A stretch of 64,000 nt of DNA from positions 186,001 through 250,000 of the IMG/VR virus record IMGVR_UViG_3300044712_002668. One strand, 5' to 3'. The notes under the pieces were generated by a model. That model made no database searches. It saw only the letters and a program-made list of their open reading frames with translations, and was not told where the DNA came from. The translations under genes were made by a program, and so were the position numbers. Positions 52,105-62,367 of the stretch are shown here, one piece after another (positions within the stretch are counted from its first letter, which is position 1; each line of letters opens with the position of its first letter).

Positions 52105-52379
52105 TACACTATACCAGTATGACCAACACCACGAGCATCAAGGCTTTCCGCAAGAATTCCCGCCGCAACTTCCACGATGGGGATGGAGGCGAGGATCTTG
52201 TTATCAAGATGTATTGCAACCCTGACATTCGATGGCTGTGTCAGAGGATTGTCAATGAGAGCGGAGGAAAGATTGTTTTCATCGAGGATGATTACAGCCT
52301 GCCGAGTGGCAATATTGTTTTCGAGCTTATGAGCGGAAAGCGGATTGAGAAGCACTTCTACTTCCCGAATGGAAACTGA
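52101..52379 (+). CDS. hypothetical protein
   Basis: 92-aa ORF. Confidence 0.55.
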   Translation: MIHYTSMTNTTSIKAFRKNSRRNFHDGDGGEDLVIKMYCNPDIRWLCQRIVNESGGKIVFIEDDYSLPSGNIVFELMSGKRIEKHFYFPNGN

Positions 52380-52718
52380 ATGAAAAGAAACTGCAATATT
52401 TGCGGGGAAGAGTTTGATACACAATCTCCGGAGAAGCGAGCGGTTGGGGGATTGATAACAACCTGTCCTGATTGTTCTGAGGAACATACGGTGAAGTATG
52501 CCGGGGTACAATCTGCCGATGGAAAGCAAGCCCAGGCAACAATCCTGAAGTTCAATAACGAAGCAGATAAGAAAGCATATATAAGATTCTGGAAGAACAA
52601 TACAGGATGGAACAAAGGCAAATCCTGTCAGCTTGGAAATCATTTATCAACAACGCCGGGGATTTCTTTTGAAAGTGTTCAAACGTTCCATGCAACGAAT
52701 CACAAGGGCAAAGCATGA
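52380..52718 (+). CDS. zinc-ribbon hypothetical protein
   Basis: CNIC...CPDC. Confidence 0.65.
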   Translation: MKRNCNICGEEFDTQSPEKRAVGGLITTCPDCSEEHTVKYAGVQSADGKQAQATILKFNNEADKKAYIRFWKNNTGWNKGKSCQLGNHLSTTPGISFESVQTFHATNHKGKA

Positions 52719-53434
52719 ACATCCAAGAGATCAAGAGGGTTGTGAGTGAGAACTGTGAGCGGGTTGCGAAGCTCGGCAATTGGCCGAGGTATATTTCTCC
52801 CGATAGTTTGCTTTCAAGGATTCCCGATGGAGGTAAGGCTCCGGGTTTCGATGCAGGGATTGCTTGCTGTCTGGGATTGATTCCCGAGGATAAGCAGAAG
52901 TTGTCAGCAACGTTGCATGCGGCTTATACGCCAGCAGCGGTTGAGCAGGTTCGTAGGGAGATTGCGCTGGATGATGATAAGTTTTATGGGACGGAAACTT
53001 TCTATTGGTTGCTAGCCTGTTCATATTGTACTGAGGAACAGACTGAGGATCAGTTTTTCAATGCATGTCTTCTTGTAAGATTCATTCAGGCTCCTGAATC
53101 TATTGAGCGTGCTCGCAAGGAATATAAGAAGATGACGAGCAATTATAAGGTAGCTGACAATGTGGCTTGGGCCGTTGTTGATGGAGGGATTCAGGGAGCA
53201 TACTTGGACGGTTTGGATTTGGGGGTTCAATTCAATCATGGGATATTCTTTGTGAGTACTTATAAGGAGAGCTTGGGGATTCCGGAAAATTTCAAGTGGG
53301 TTGATCCTCCAACGAAGGAGCGGCCGATGAGCAATTCGGGACCGGTTTGGGGAAGCAAGCAGTATGTAAAGTGTGCAACTGCTGCTGAGCTGTTTGTGGT
53401 GTTGCTTTTGGCCAGGAGTTATCTTGGAGTATAA
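52715..53434 (+). CDS. hypothetical protein
   Basis: 239-aa ORF. Confidence 0.65.
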   Translation: MNIQEIKRVVSENCERVAKLGNWPRYISPDSLLSRIPDGGKAPGFDAGIACCLGLIPEDKQKLSATLHAAYTPAAVEQVRREIALDDDKFYGTETFYWLLACSYCTEEQTEDQFFNACLLVRFIQAPESIERARKEYKKMTSNYKVADNVAWAVVDGGIQGAYLDGLDLGVQFNHGIFFVSTYKESLGIPENFKWVDPPTKERPMSNSGPVWGSKQYVKCATAAELFVVLLLARSYLGV

Positions 53435-53507
53435 AAGGAATAGTTTGTAAATAGGCCAAATAATTCCTGGGTCCCACCCGTCAAGATATTAAATAGGAGG
53501 AAAGCAA

Positions 53508-53864
53508 ATGATCATAAAAGAGATACCCAAGGGTAAGATAACATTGATTAATGAGATATTATTGAAGTATGATCCGGCGGGGACAACGAGTCCTGATACG
53601 GATGAGTACTTGACGGAGGCAACGGATATTCTGTTGGAGATCCGCAAGGCAATCAAGGACCGAAAGATGTTTGGTTCTCATCAGGTTTCTTTGGAATCTG
53701 TCATTTGCAATATCGTATATGGCGAGTTGATAAAGAAATTTGCGATTGGAAGGAATGCGATTACTTATGATATTAGCATTCATGAGAAGTTGGTAGATAA
53801 GGGATCATGTGTTGAAGCTGGCAAAGAGATTTATGAATTGTTCAAAGGAGCGGAGACAACATGA
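53508..53864 (+). CDS. hypothetical protein
   Basis: AGGAGG RBS; LLKYDPAG...DEY motif. Confidence 0.6.
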   Translation: MIIKEIPKGKITLINEILLKYDPAGTTSPDTDEYLTEATDILLEIRKAIKDRKMFGSHQVSLESVICNIVYGELIKKFAIGRNAITYDISIHEKLVDKGSCVEAGKEIYELFKGAETT

Positions 53865-54133
53865 CAACCCCAACAGCAAAGAGTTTGGTTCAGATTATTC
53901 GTGAAGCTGTTGAGGCATTTGAGAATAAGTGGTTTATTGTAATCAGGAAGCGATGAAAAAGATAAAGGCTAAAGATTTGAGCATTGGAGATATTATAAAG
54001 CGCAACAAGAATAAGTGGAAGGTTGTTGGGATGGAGCCTATGATTGAAGGTGTTTGCCGATTCAAATTGGAGAACAAGAAAATTGTAGGTAACTGGAGTG
54101 TGATGAGCCATTCGGAAGTGGTGAGGCTCTAAA

Positions 54134-54514
54134 ATGTCAGATAAAGATGACGAGGTTTCTGTTACTGAATTCAAGAACAATGTAGATATGGTTATAAATG
54201 CTATTATGTCTAATGGATTGAAGCTTGATGCCTTTTTCGGTATCTTCAAAACCCGTCATGGTGAGAGTTATCTTCATAAGGTTTACGCTACGTCATATTT
54301 GATGGTAGCGAGTGCCTTTGCGGTGCAGCATTTGACGGTTCAGGATTTCTTGAAACTTGTAGTGAAGGCATGTAACATTCCTGAGGATGTGGTTTTGGAG
54401 TATGCAGCGGAGATAGTATTGAAGAGGGCTGAGGATATGATGCCTGACATTTGTGATAAGTGTGATAAGAAGGAAACCTGCTTGAAGCGATGTGATAAGA
54501 AACAGATGAATTGA
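54134..54514 (+). CDS. hypothetical protein
   Basis: C-terminal CDKC. Confidence 0.6.
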   Translation: MSDKDDEVSVTEFKNNVDMVINAIMSNGLKLDAFFGIFKTRHGESYLHKVYATSYLMVASAFAVQHLTVQDFLKLVVKACNIPEDVVLEYAAEIVLKRAEDMMPDICDKCDKKETCLKRCDKKQMN

Positions 54515-54537
54515 TGGCAATAATGAGATATTGAAGT

Positions 54538-54951
54538 ATGAACTTGAAGAAGATAGCAAAGGCTGCTGCGAAGCAAGCTGCGATTGAGACATATCGTAGT
54601 ATAATGAAGATGGCTGAGGATCGTATTCCTGAGGGGAACGTTGATACTTGGAACGTGGATAAAGGACCTGGTGGAAACGAGGCTTATTCTTTTTATAGAA
54701 GGGATGCTGGTGGTGGCAGGACATCTGATTGGTATAAAGACAAGGTACCTGCTGACAGGCAGGGAAGAGCGCAGCTTTTGAGCCGATGGGACAGTGCAGT
54801 ATATACTGATGATTCGCTTATCAGTGGGGGATATAAATTCCTGGGAACTGTACCAGGTGAGACAGGTTCTAAACTATGGTTACAGGATGGTGTGGCAGGG
54901 GTGAAGTTATTTATAACATCGCCTAGTTCCATGAGGCGGCCGAACTGGTAA
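54538..54951 (+). CDS. hypothetical protein sharing its N-terminus with 24922..25314
   Basis: MNLKKIAKAAAKQAAIETYRSIMKMAE. Confidence 0.65.
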   Translation: MNLKKIAKAAAKQAAIETYRSIMKMAEDRIPEGNVDTWNVDKGPGGNEAYSFYRRDAGGGRTSDWYKDKVPADRQGRAQLLSRWDSAVYTDDSLISGGYKFLGTVPGETGSKLWLQDGVAGVKLFITSPSSMRRPNW

Positions 54952-55071
54952 ACTTACAAAGAACCTTGATATGAAAATATCAAGGTTTTTTCATATAAGG
55001 AGGACGAACATGACAAATACAAATACCAAGTTTTTTGAAGATGAAGAGGCTCTGGATGATTGGGGTACCAA

Positions 55072-55326
55072 GTGAGGAATAAAGCAGAACGCCGCAGGTT
55101 TGACAATTTGTCAAAGGAGAAAGCAAAGAAAGTAATGAAGTTATGGGGATTGACGAAGATTGATCCGAAGAATATTGGAAGGAATGCGGCGGTACATTGT
55201 AGAAAGTGTGCATGTTCAATGTGTCAGGGAAGCAATCGTTCAACGAACTGTACTACAGAGCTTTCTATTCAGGAATTGAAGGCGAAGGAATCTGCGGAAA
55301 GCGAGTGGTACGATAGTGATGGTTGA
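55072..55326 (+). CDS. small basic Cys-containing protein
   Basis: RNKAERRR...HCRKCACSMC. Confidence 0.55.
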   Translation: MRNKAERRRFDNLSKEKAKKVMKLWGLTKIDPKNIGRNAAVHCRKCACSMCQGSNRSTNCTTELSIQELKAKESAESEWYDSDG

Positions 55327-55537
55327 AATAGAGATCGGTGGTCATCTCAAAACCATTGATACTAAACATGTCAGAGTGGTCATACCACTTATCAGACATC
55401 ACCGGAATATTTTTATAACGGAGGAGGGTATAGAGATAGAGGTGATGGACAAGGATGGGGAGGTAGCGGCATGTGGTAATGTAAATTACGATGAGGTTGT
55501 GCCGTTTTCGGAGGATGTGTTGGAAGATGACCTTTGA
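55316..55537 (+). CDS. hypothetical protein
   Basis: operonic packing. Confidence 0.5.
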   Translation: MMVEIEIGGHLKTIDTKHVRVVIPLIRHHRNIFITEEGIEIEVMDKDGEVAACGNVNYDEVVPFSEDVLEDDL

Positions 55538-55684
55538 TATGATTTGTCATTCGATAGCATTGAGTGCATTGACGGTGTGGATATTTTTTGAGAACAGGAA
55601 TCGTATAAATAAGCAGAGAGAGTTGGAGTTGAGGATCAAGAAACTGGAAGATGGTTCTTATGATTACTCTGAGCAAAGGTTCCC

Positions 55685-55954
55685 ATGAGTACCCTGAGCA
55701 GTAGAGGAGTTATCGTAAAGATTCTAAAGCACAACGGGGATATGAATCTTGGGGAGGAATATCCGATGATTGTACATGCCTTGATTCAATATACCAGTGG
55801 GTTCGGGACGGTATGTTGGAAGGCATGTTATAAGCCATTGGATGAGGTTCGGTTTTTGAAGGATGGGAACATTGATAGGAGAGTTCCTGTTGTGTATTTG
55901 TTTTTGAATGGGAAGGTTACGAAGGATGGGATTGAGTTCCTGGGAGCTAGCTGA
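55685..55954 (+). CDS. hypothetical protein
   Basis: operonic packing. Confidence 0.5.
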   Translation: MSTLSSRGVIVKILKHNGDMNLGEEYPMIVHALIQYTSGFGTVCWKACYKPLDEVRFLKDGNIDRRVPVVYLFLNGKVTKDGIEFLGAS

Positions 55955-56352
55955 TGAGAAGCAAAGCCGATATAGGCTTGGTTATCCAGCAGGAATTGTT
56001 TTATAAGCTGAGCAAGAATGCCAGGCAATATATCTTGGAGGTTCTTGGATGTTCCGATGATCCTTTTCCTGAGAATCCTGGCGAAGCCAGTTTGGATTTC
56101 CAACAAGTTGATAACGTATGGTTTTATTTGTTTATCAAGAAAGATTTCAGGGTAAAGATTGATGAGGAGGATATTGTCAGGGAGATATCATTGGAAGGAG
56201 TTATTGATGAGATGTTGGAGAAGGGCGTTGATGATTTCTATATTGTGATAGCATATCATAATTTGGATGAGCAGAGTTATAGTTTTGGAAGTGGTAAGGA
56301 CCCATACGGGTTGAAGATGGTGAAGAGTGTGAGGCTGTCCTATGGTACCTGA
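55954..56352 (+). CDS. hypothetical protein
   Basis: TGATG overlap. Confidence 0.55.
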   Translation: MRSKADIGLVIQQELFYKLSKNARQYILEVLGCSDDPFPENPGEASLDFQQVDNVWFYLFIKKDFRVKIDEEDIVREISLEGVIDEMLEKGVDDFYIVIAYHNLDEQSYSFGSGKDPYGLKMVKSVRLSYGT

Positions 56353-56647
56353 CAAGACTGACAATAGGATTATGACTACTGATGACGTGATTGATTCGAG
56401 CCGGATCGTGGTGGAAAAGGGGTGTCTGGCAAAGCGGATTGTCTTGAGGGATTTGGGTCATGAGTATGCGGTTCATACTGAGTACCTGCGTACTGTGGCT
56501 GGGGATGATGCTGTGAAGTGCAGGTTCCAGCATGAATCGTTTGAGAGTGGTGGTTACTTCCAGTATGGGGATGGTTGGGAGCTTACGAAGGAGAAGGCAT
56601 TGAAGCGGGCTACTGAGGCTTTCGAGGGACTGATGAGGATGCTATGA
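56342..56647 (+). CDS. hypothetical protein
   Basis: operonic packing. Confidence 0.55.
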   Translation: MVPDKTDNRIMTTDDVIDSSRIVVEKGCLAKRIVLRDLGHEYAVHTEYLRTVAGDDAVKCRFQHESFESGGYFQYGDGWELTKEKALKRATEAFEGLMRML

Positions 56648-56877
56648 TATATTTGAATGTATATGATATTGGGCGAGTGTATGGGGGTCCTGAGGAGGGA
56701 GGGTGGTGGTATGATACAGGGATTCCGGTAGCATCGATTCCGTTTGAGGAGGGAGATAAGCTTATTGAAGCTGTGACGGTGTATCTGGAGAATAGGTATC
56801 AGGCTCCTCGATACCGGGTGATACCTGAGGACAAGTTTGCTGAGTATTTTCCGTTGGTGAAGCCGCACTACGAGTAG
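56644..56877 (+). CDS. conserved-looking phage hypothetical protein
   Basis: YGGPEEGGWWYDTG motif. Confidence 0.6.
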   Translation: MIYLNVYDIGRVYGGPEEGGWWYDTGIPVASIPFEEGDKLIEAVTVYLENRYQAPRYRVIPEDKFAEYFPLVKPHYE

Positions 56878-56956
56878 TGTGCAGAGTTCAACCCATTGGG
56901 TTTCTCTCTGTGAAAGTACGAAAGTAGAAACCCAATGGGTTGGTACTGAGGACCGA

Positions 56957-57550
56957 ATGGAACTAACCAAAACCAAAGAATGGTTTGAGATACAAGACGA
57001 ATTGGGAGTTGATTTTGATTATACGAAACGTGGCGTTTATGAAAGAGAAAGACGTTGGGAAACCAAATTGATTCGTTTGAGTTTGACTGGATATGAGAAG
57101 CATGCGGTTTCCGGAGTTTCAAAACATTTATGTTCTTGTTGTAAGAATATAAATCCTGAGCTTACCAAGAGGGTGGTAAGGTATGTAAGGGATAACATTT
57201 GGGGAGCCAAGAGATACGATCATGACTGTGATAGTTGTGAATTTCTTGGTCAGTTCGGGGAGGTTGATTTGTGGTTCTGTCCAGGGGAACCAACGATTAT
57301 AATCCGGCGCAGTTCGGAAGTATCAGATTACAGTTCCGGTTTGGAATTTATTGATACGGCATTTCTGATAATGAATGAGAGGCATCCTCAAAGTAAGGAA
57401 TTCAGGATATCTGCAAATTGTTTGTTTCGTTCGGCGGCTAAGGCCGAATGTGTTATCAGAGCTATGCAGCTTGGAATTCTACCGTATAACTGGAATGTGT
57501 TGACATTGAAAGAATTGAAGAAGAAGGTAATGAGGATGTACAAGAGGTGA
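56957..57550 (+). CDS. hypothetical protein
   Basis: GAGG RBS; HDCDSC motif. Confidence 0.6.
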   Translation: MELTKTKEWFEIQDELGVDFDYTKRGVYERERRWETKLIRLSLTGYEKHAVSGVSKHLCSCCKNINPELTKRVVRYVRDNIWGAKRYDHDCDSCEFLGQFGEVDLWFCPGEPTIIIRRSSEVSDYSSGLEFIDTAFLIMNERHPQSKEFRISANCLFRSAAKAECVIRAMQLGILPYNWNVLTLKELKKKVMRMYKR

Positions 57551-57551
57551 T

Positions 57552-57791
57552 ATGAAGGTCTTAATTCTTAACAAGGAAGAATGGCTGGAACGGGAGGGGT
57601 ATAGCCATGGATTTGGGAGTGGTGATGCTCATGGGGAAGGGGATGGTAATGGTGAGGGCGGTGGTGGGGGATACGGCTACATCAATGATGGATCTGGCTG
57701 TTGTAAAAATACTGCTGGATGTGGTTATGCTTATGGACAGGGAAATGGCCATGGTGGTGGGTTTGGAAATCTGGGAGATCTAAGAAGATGA
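57552..57791 (+). CDS. Gly-rich paralog 5
   Basis: MKVLILNKEEW leader. Confidence 0.75.
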   Translation: MKVLILNKEEWLEREGYSHGFGSGDAHGEGDGNGEGGGGGYGYINDGSGCCKNTAGCGYAYGQGNGHGGGFGNLGDLRR

Positions 57792-58531
57792 GAACCGCAA
57801 GAGATAACAGTATTCTGGAAGTCAAGGGTAAGTCCTCGAAGAAGCCGAGGGGTGTTGTTGGAGTCAATCTGGGGGCTGATTACTGTGCAGAGCATGAGTG
57901 GGGAATCAAGAGGATTCGGGATAAGTTCGGGATGACCTCGGATGGGATTGGGATTGAGAACAAGAGGATTCGTTATGTATCCGAGGATTTGGTTTTCGTA
58001 ACTGATAAGTATACGGGTTTGTTTTGCGATCATCTTTATGAAAGAACTCCAACGCAGTATCTGGATAATTATCATGTATCCAGGCAGGGATTATGGACGG
58101 CATGGGATGAGAAGTCCTTTGCGGTTATAACGATGGATGGGACGCATCACGATGATTTGAGGACGATACATCAGGCGTTTTTGGATTTGGATATTGCGAT
58201 ATGGTTGGGAGGAGGCGGGGTGTTTCAGAATGCGGGTTTGTGTTTCGGTATCATATCAAAGTTGTCGAAGGACATTACTGATATGTGGGCCAAGCATGAT
58301 TTGGAAGCCAAGCAGTTGGATGAAGATGTAAAGAAGCTTGGGATTCTGGAGAGGCTTGCAGCGGCAGGGCTTGGGCCTTTCAAGGGATATTTCGCATGCA
58401 GTCCTAAGAGGATTGATGGAAAGATTATGTTCTGGTTGAATCCATTTGATCAACAGAATAATAATTATGGTTGGTATACGGTGAAGGATTTGGATGATTG
58501 GATTGCTGGCAAGGGTAAGGTGATCAAGTGA
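57788..58531 (+). CDS. hypothetical protein
   Basis: 247-aa ORF; AEHEWGI motif. Confidence 0.65.
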   Translation: MRTARDNSILEVKGKSSKKPRGVVGVNLGADYCAEHEWGIKRIRDKFGMTSDGIGIENKRIRYVSEDLVFVTDKYTGLFCDHLYERTPTQYLDNYHVSRQGLWTAWDEKSFAVITMDGTHHDDLRTIHQAFLDLDIAIWLGGGGVFQNAGLCFGIISKLSKDITDMWAKHDLEAKQLDEDVKKLGILERLAAAGLGPFKGYFACSPKRIDGKIMFWLNPFDQQNNNYGWYTVKDLDDWIAGKGKVIK

Positions 58532-58986
58532 AGCAATCAACCAGGAACAAGATTTATCGTTTCGTCAAGGATAAGGATGGTTTTACAAAGCACATTGAAA
58601 AACTTGATAAGTTGTATGAGGCATACAAGAAGTATTCTGGAAAATATGTTACATTTACTTTGCGTCATAAATGTGAGATTGGGGATATTTATGTTAGTTA
58701 TCCTGATGGTCAGGTTTATGATAAGATTTTGATTGATGACCATGAGAAATTTGATAAGTTTGTTCGTAAGTTTGAAGATGATATGAAGAAGTTGTTCAAG
58801 AGGATTTTGGATTATATCTGGAAGATCTCTTCTGATTTGCATAAGAGAAATGGTTTCAGTGATGTTTTCAAGAATAAGGTTCTTGGAGATAATAAGTATG
58901 ACGATAATGATTTGCCTGTTGTTTTTTCGGATTTCATTATTTATGCTGTGTTTGGCTTTGAGACATCTTTTGGTAGGGATGTTTGA
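58528..58986 (+). CDS. hypothetical protein
   Basis: GTGA overlap. Confidence 0.55.
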   Translation: MKQSTRNKIYRFVKDKDGFTKHIEKLDKLYEAYKKYSGKYVTFTLRHKCEIGDIYVSYPDGQVYDKILIDDHEKFDKFVRKFEDDMKKLFKRILDYIWKISSDLHKRNGFSDVFKNKVLGDNKYDDNDLPVVFSDFIIYAVFGFETSFGRDV

Positions 58987-59295
58987 AAGAGGTCCAACCT
59001 CTTTGTTGGCATGGAAGTTGCTCTTAATGTCTTAATTAATAGTTAATATATATATACTTAATTGGCGCAGCTTTTTCGATTTATTTATTGATTACGAAAA
59101 GATCAGAATCCGGGAATTGTTTAAGGGATTTGGTTTTATGAGAAAAGATGGCCCGTGGGAAGAAGCCAATGGGGTTGGGAAGCGTTTTCAATAAAAGGAT
59201 GGGGAGCAGGTGGTCCTGGTAGGAAATACGTTTGTAGGGCATTCTAAAAGTTCTCTTCCGAGAAATAAAAAGAAAGTCTAAAAAGAAAGAAAAAG

Positions 59296-59568
59296 ATGAT
59301 GGCGAATATAGTAAAGATTAAAGATGATGGTGAGAATAATTTTGACATTATCCGAATAGGAAACATCAAGCTAGGGGAAGGGTATCGACCTTACAGATGG
59401 TCAGTAAGGAAAGTAGATAACGAATTTATAGTTGCAAAAGATTTCTTCGAAATAACGGTAAGTGATAATGTTATTCAGGCAGAGCTTGTTGAGGTACTGA
59501 CAATCAAATCATTCGAGAAAGAAGAAAAAGCAATTCATATGTTCGACCAGAAGGAGTGGTACCTGTGA
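59296..59568 (+). CDS. hypothetical protein
   Basis: 90-aa ORF. Confidence 0.5.
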   Translation: MMANIVKIKDDGENNFDIIRIGNIKLGEGYRPYRWSVRKVDNEFIVAKDFFEITVSDNVIQAELVEVLTIKSFEKEEKAIHMFDQKEWYL

Positions 59569-59801
59569 AAATCGTCATCGAATTCGAGAGTAATAACGAT
59601 GCCTTTCAGGACGATATCTTCTGCGGAGGATATCCGAAGTTCTTCTGGGAGGTATTCAGGATCTTGCAGCATTGTTCAAATGTTATCGGTGATCATCGTA
59701 ACAAGTTCGGGCTACAACTTGATACTGTAAATAAGGGTTTGGAATATGGTTTGAAGGATGAGAATGGAAATACCATTGGAAAGTTGAAGATTGAAGTATG
59801 A
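59556..59801 (+). CDS. hypothetical protein
   Basis: operonic packing. Confidence 0.55.
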   Translation: MVPVKIVIEFESNNDAFQDDIFCGGYPKFFWEVFRILQHCSNVIGDHRNKFGLQLDTVNKGLEYGLKDENGNTIGKLKIEV

Positions 59802-60172
59802 AGATAAACATATCACATGAAGAGTTTGTTGTTTTTGTGGAAAGTGATTATGGTGATGAGGTTGAAATGCCGGATGAGTTGGCGGAAAAGGTCCGCCGTG
59901 CTGAAACTGAGTTCTTCAATGTTCAAAAAGAATTGAAACATTTCTTTACGGAACGTAGGTTTGGAGAGGTAGTGAGGGGATTGAAGTCAGCGAACAAGGA
60001 ATTGGAAGCGAGGATAGAGGGAGGTGAGGTAATATTCATTACCAAGTTGAAGAATGGTAGGGAAGTTAGAAAGGTATTGAAGCAGCGGGATGTGGTGAAT
60101 TATGAAACGATAAAGAGGGCATGGCGGGATTTCTGTAATTACAATAGGATGTTGAGGTTGATGAATGGATAA
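59798..60172 (+). CDS. hypothetical protein
   Basis: ATGA overlap. Confidence 0.55.
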   Translation: MKINISHEEFVVFVESDYGDEVEMPDELAEKVRRAETEFFNVQKELKHFFTERRFGEVVRGLKSANKELEARIEGGEVIFITKLKNGREVRKVLKQRDVVNYETIKRAWRDFCNYNRMLRLMNG

Positions 60173-60758
60173 CACAGAAACAGAAAGAATTATTGAAAAT
60201 AGGAAGATGTGGGAAGAGTATATGAAGACGCATCATCTTATTAGAGATGATGAACTTCAAAAGCTCTTTAATGATGAAAGTTTCAAGTTTGAACTTGAGA
60301 GTGGTTTCAAGGTAGCAAAGATTGTACATAATGAACTTGAACTAAAGAAACTTATTTTGAGATTCGGGAACTGGGATAAATCAACCGTTCCTAGTTCTTT
60401 CAATAACCTTGATGTTCTTGAATACTTCGAAGGCGTTATTAAAGGAAAGACTAAGAATTACAAAGATGAAGATGGTTATGATGTAGAAGAAAATCCTGAT
60501 TTGACTAAGTTCGGCCCATGCAAGGTAGCTTATTTCAATCAGTTCAGTCGGCCTCCATGGGCCTGGGACGAGGCGGAGTTTATTGGATTGAGGGAGGAGG
60601 ATATAGAGATAGATGAGGGGTTTGAGATTGAGTATCCGGCGGTGGTCAGGATCTGGATGGAGGACGGTTGGGATCGCGGTGGAAATTTCAAGTTCCGGAT
60701 TGTGACGTGTTTATCATTGAATAGGTTGCTGTATGGGGACGTGATAGTATCGATATGA
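60165..60758 (+). CDS. hypothetical protein
   Basis: 197-aa ORF. Confidence 0.6.
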   Translation: MDNTETERIIENRKMWEEYMKTHHLIRDDELQKLFNDESFKFELESGFKVAKIVHNELELKKLILRFGNWDKSTVPSSFNNLDVLEYFEGVIKGKTKNYKDEDGYDVEENPDLTKFGPCKVAYFNQFSRPPWAWDEAEFIGLREEDIEIDEGFEIEYPAVVRIWMEDGWDRGGNFKFRIVTCLSLNRLLYGDVIVSI

Positions 60759-61084
60759 AAAAGAAAACGGAGGATGAGGATTTTGTTCCGTATCATTACA
60801 GGAATCCGTTTTCGGGATACAGGGGAATTAGTTTGGAGTATATAGCATTCAAGATGTCACCATTTGATATTAGAACGTTGATTGAAGATATGGTATCACA
60901 CATTGATGCCTTGAACAAGAAGCAGCAGGAGACTGACGAGCAGCTTTTTGGGATGGTTAATGGGAGTATGAAGAGTGGCAATACGTTGTTGGCGGCAACG
61001 ATGGCGGGGGTATTGATAGCCACTCCTGAGAAAGAGCGGACGCCAGAGCTTCTTGATTTGGTAGATAAGATAGCCAAGATATGA
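60755..61084 (+). CDS. hypothetical protein
   Basis: ATGA overlap. Confidence 0.55.
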   Translation: MKKKTEDEDFVPYHYRNPFSGYRGISLEYIAFKMSPFDIRTLIEDMVSHIDALNKKQQETDEQLFGMVNGSMKSGNTLLAATMAGVLIATPEKERTPELLDLVDKIAKI

Positions 61085-61250
61085 ATTCTCTGGAGGATCC
61101 ATATTTCTGGACATCGATCATGGGGGTGGGAGCGGCTTGGTATTGGATGATGGTAGCAAGACATTGGCGTGATAAGTGTGATAAGAATTGATTTTTTTTA
61201 TAAACGTCCGATCCACAAACAACAACCACAGAACAAGAAAGATAAATCAA

Positions 61251-61604
61251 ATGCCCAACGCCACCAGCAAGAAGACTTCTTCCGCCGCCACCGCTTCCAT
61301 TTTCGACGATTACATTGGACAGTACTGCATTGTTCGCAGCCGTGACCAGGGTGTGATGGCAGGATATGTTGAGGGAGTTGTTGGACAGGCAGTGAAGCTG
61401 CGTGAGGCTCGGCAGCTTTATGCGTGGTCTTCCAAGTTCGTTCTGGTTGAGCTTGCGGCTCAGGGTCCTCGTCGGGCCAATGAGCAGCGTTATTCTATTC
61501 CTTCTGCCAAGCCGGTGATGATGCTGGAGGCATGTGGGATCATTCCTTGTACTGATGAGGCTGCGAAGGCGATTCGTGAGATTCCGGCCGAGGCTCACGA
61601 GTAA
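61251..61604 (+). CDS. DUF6948-like small beta-barrel protein
   Basis: IGQYCIVRSRDQGVMAGYV...VKLREARQLYAW...LAAQG...EACGIIPCTDEA matches my recollection of this phage family. Confidence 0.65.
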   Translation: MPNATSKKTSSAATASIFDDYIGQYCIVRSRDQGVMAGYVEGVVGQAVKLREARQLYAWSSKFVLVELAAQGPRRANEQRYSIPSAKPVMMLEACGIIPCTDEAAKAIREIPAEAHE

Positions 61605-61661
61605 GGGTTGATATTGAGGAGGTCGGGGGAAACCCCGGCCTCTTCGGGGGAATGGAGGAAG

Positions 61662-61907
61662 ATGAAGGTAGCTATTCTAGATAAAGAAGAATGGGTAGTG
61701 AGTGAATCAAAGTTAGGATACAATAAAGGGGCTGGGTGTAATTTATCACTAACTGGTAAGTGTTATGGATGTGGCCAGGGTGCTGGTCAAGGTAATGGTG
61801 ATGGGTTTGGTCATGACCAAACTGATACTCAGGCTTATTGGTGTGGTTGTGGATATGAAATAACTGGTAAAGGAAATGGGGATGGAAATGGAAGCGGGAT
61901 TGATTGA
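61662..61907 (+). CDS. Gly-rich paralog 6
   Basis: MKVAILDKEEW leader; GGAGG RBS. Confidence 0.75.
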   Translation: MKVAILDKEEWVVSESKLGYNKGAGCNLSLTGKCYGCGQGAGQGNGDGFGHDQTDTQAYWCGCGYEITGKGNGDGNGSGID

Positions 61908-62152
61908 TGAAAGTATTGATTCTTGATAAGAATAGGTGGCAAGAAAATGAGAATGGGTGGGGAGAGGGTAGTGGTAATTTAATTTCATGGGGCAGGGGTC
62001 TTGGAGGTGGTGCTGAACAATGGTTGCCTATGCGGGGTGCAGGTTTTGCTGGGGGTGCGGGTTTTAATGCTCCTCAAAATTGTGTTCAGAATGATGGGGC
62101 CGGGGGTAGTTATGGAGCTGGCAGTGGGGATGGTCGTGGACTTGAAGAATGA
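61907..62152 (+). CDS. Gly-rich paralog 7
   Basis: MKVLILDKNRW leader. Confidence 0.75.
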   Translation: MKVLILDKNRWQENENGWGEGSGNLISWGRGLGGGAEQWLPMRGAGFAGGAGFNAPQNCVQNDGAGGSYGAGSGDGRGLEE

Positions 62153-62367
62153 AAGTAATAATCCTGAATAAAGAGCATTGGCAGATGCCAGAGAATAAAA
62201 GTTATTTTCAAAGCGGTCACGGGACTGGAACTGGAATTGGTTTGGGTTTGGGATATGGATCTGGTGGTTTTGGAGTTGATAATGAGATGGGTAGTGGTAG
62301 TGGTCTTGCTGATGGTGGTGGTAATGGGATGGGTGTTGGAAATGGCGGCGAGATACATGAAGAATGA
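62149..62367 (+). CDS. Gly-rich paralog 8
   Basis: MKVIILNKEHW leader. Confidence 0.75.
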   Translation: MKVIILNKEHWQMPENKSYFQSGHGTGTGIGLGLGYGSGGFGVDNEMGSGSGLADGGGNGMGVGNGGEIHEE

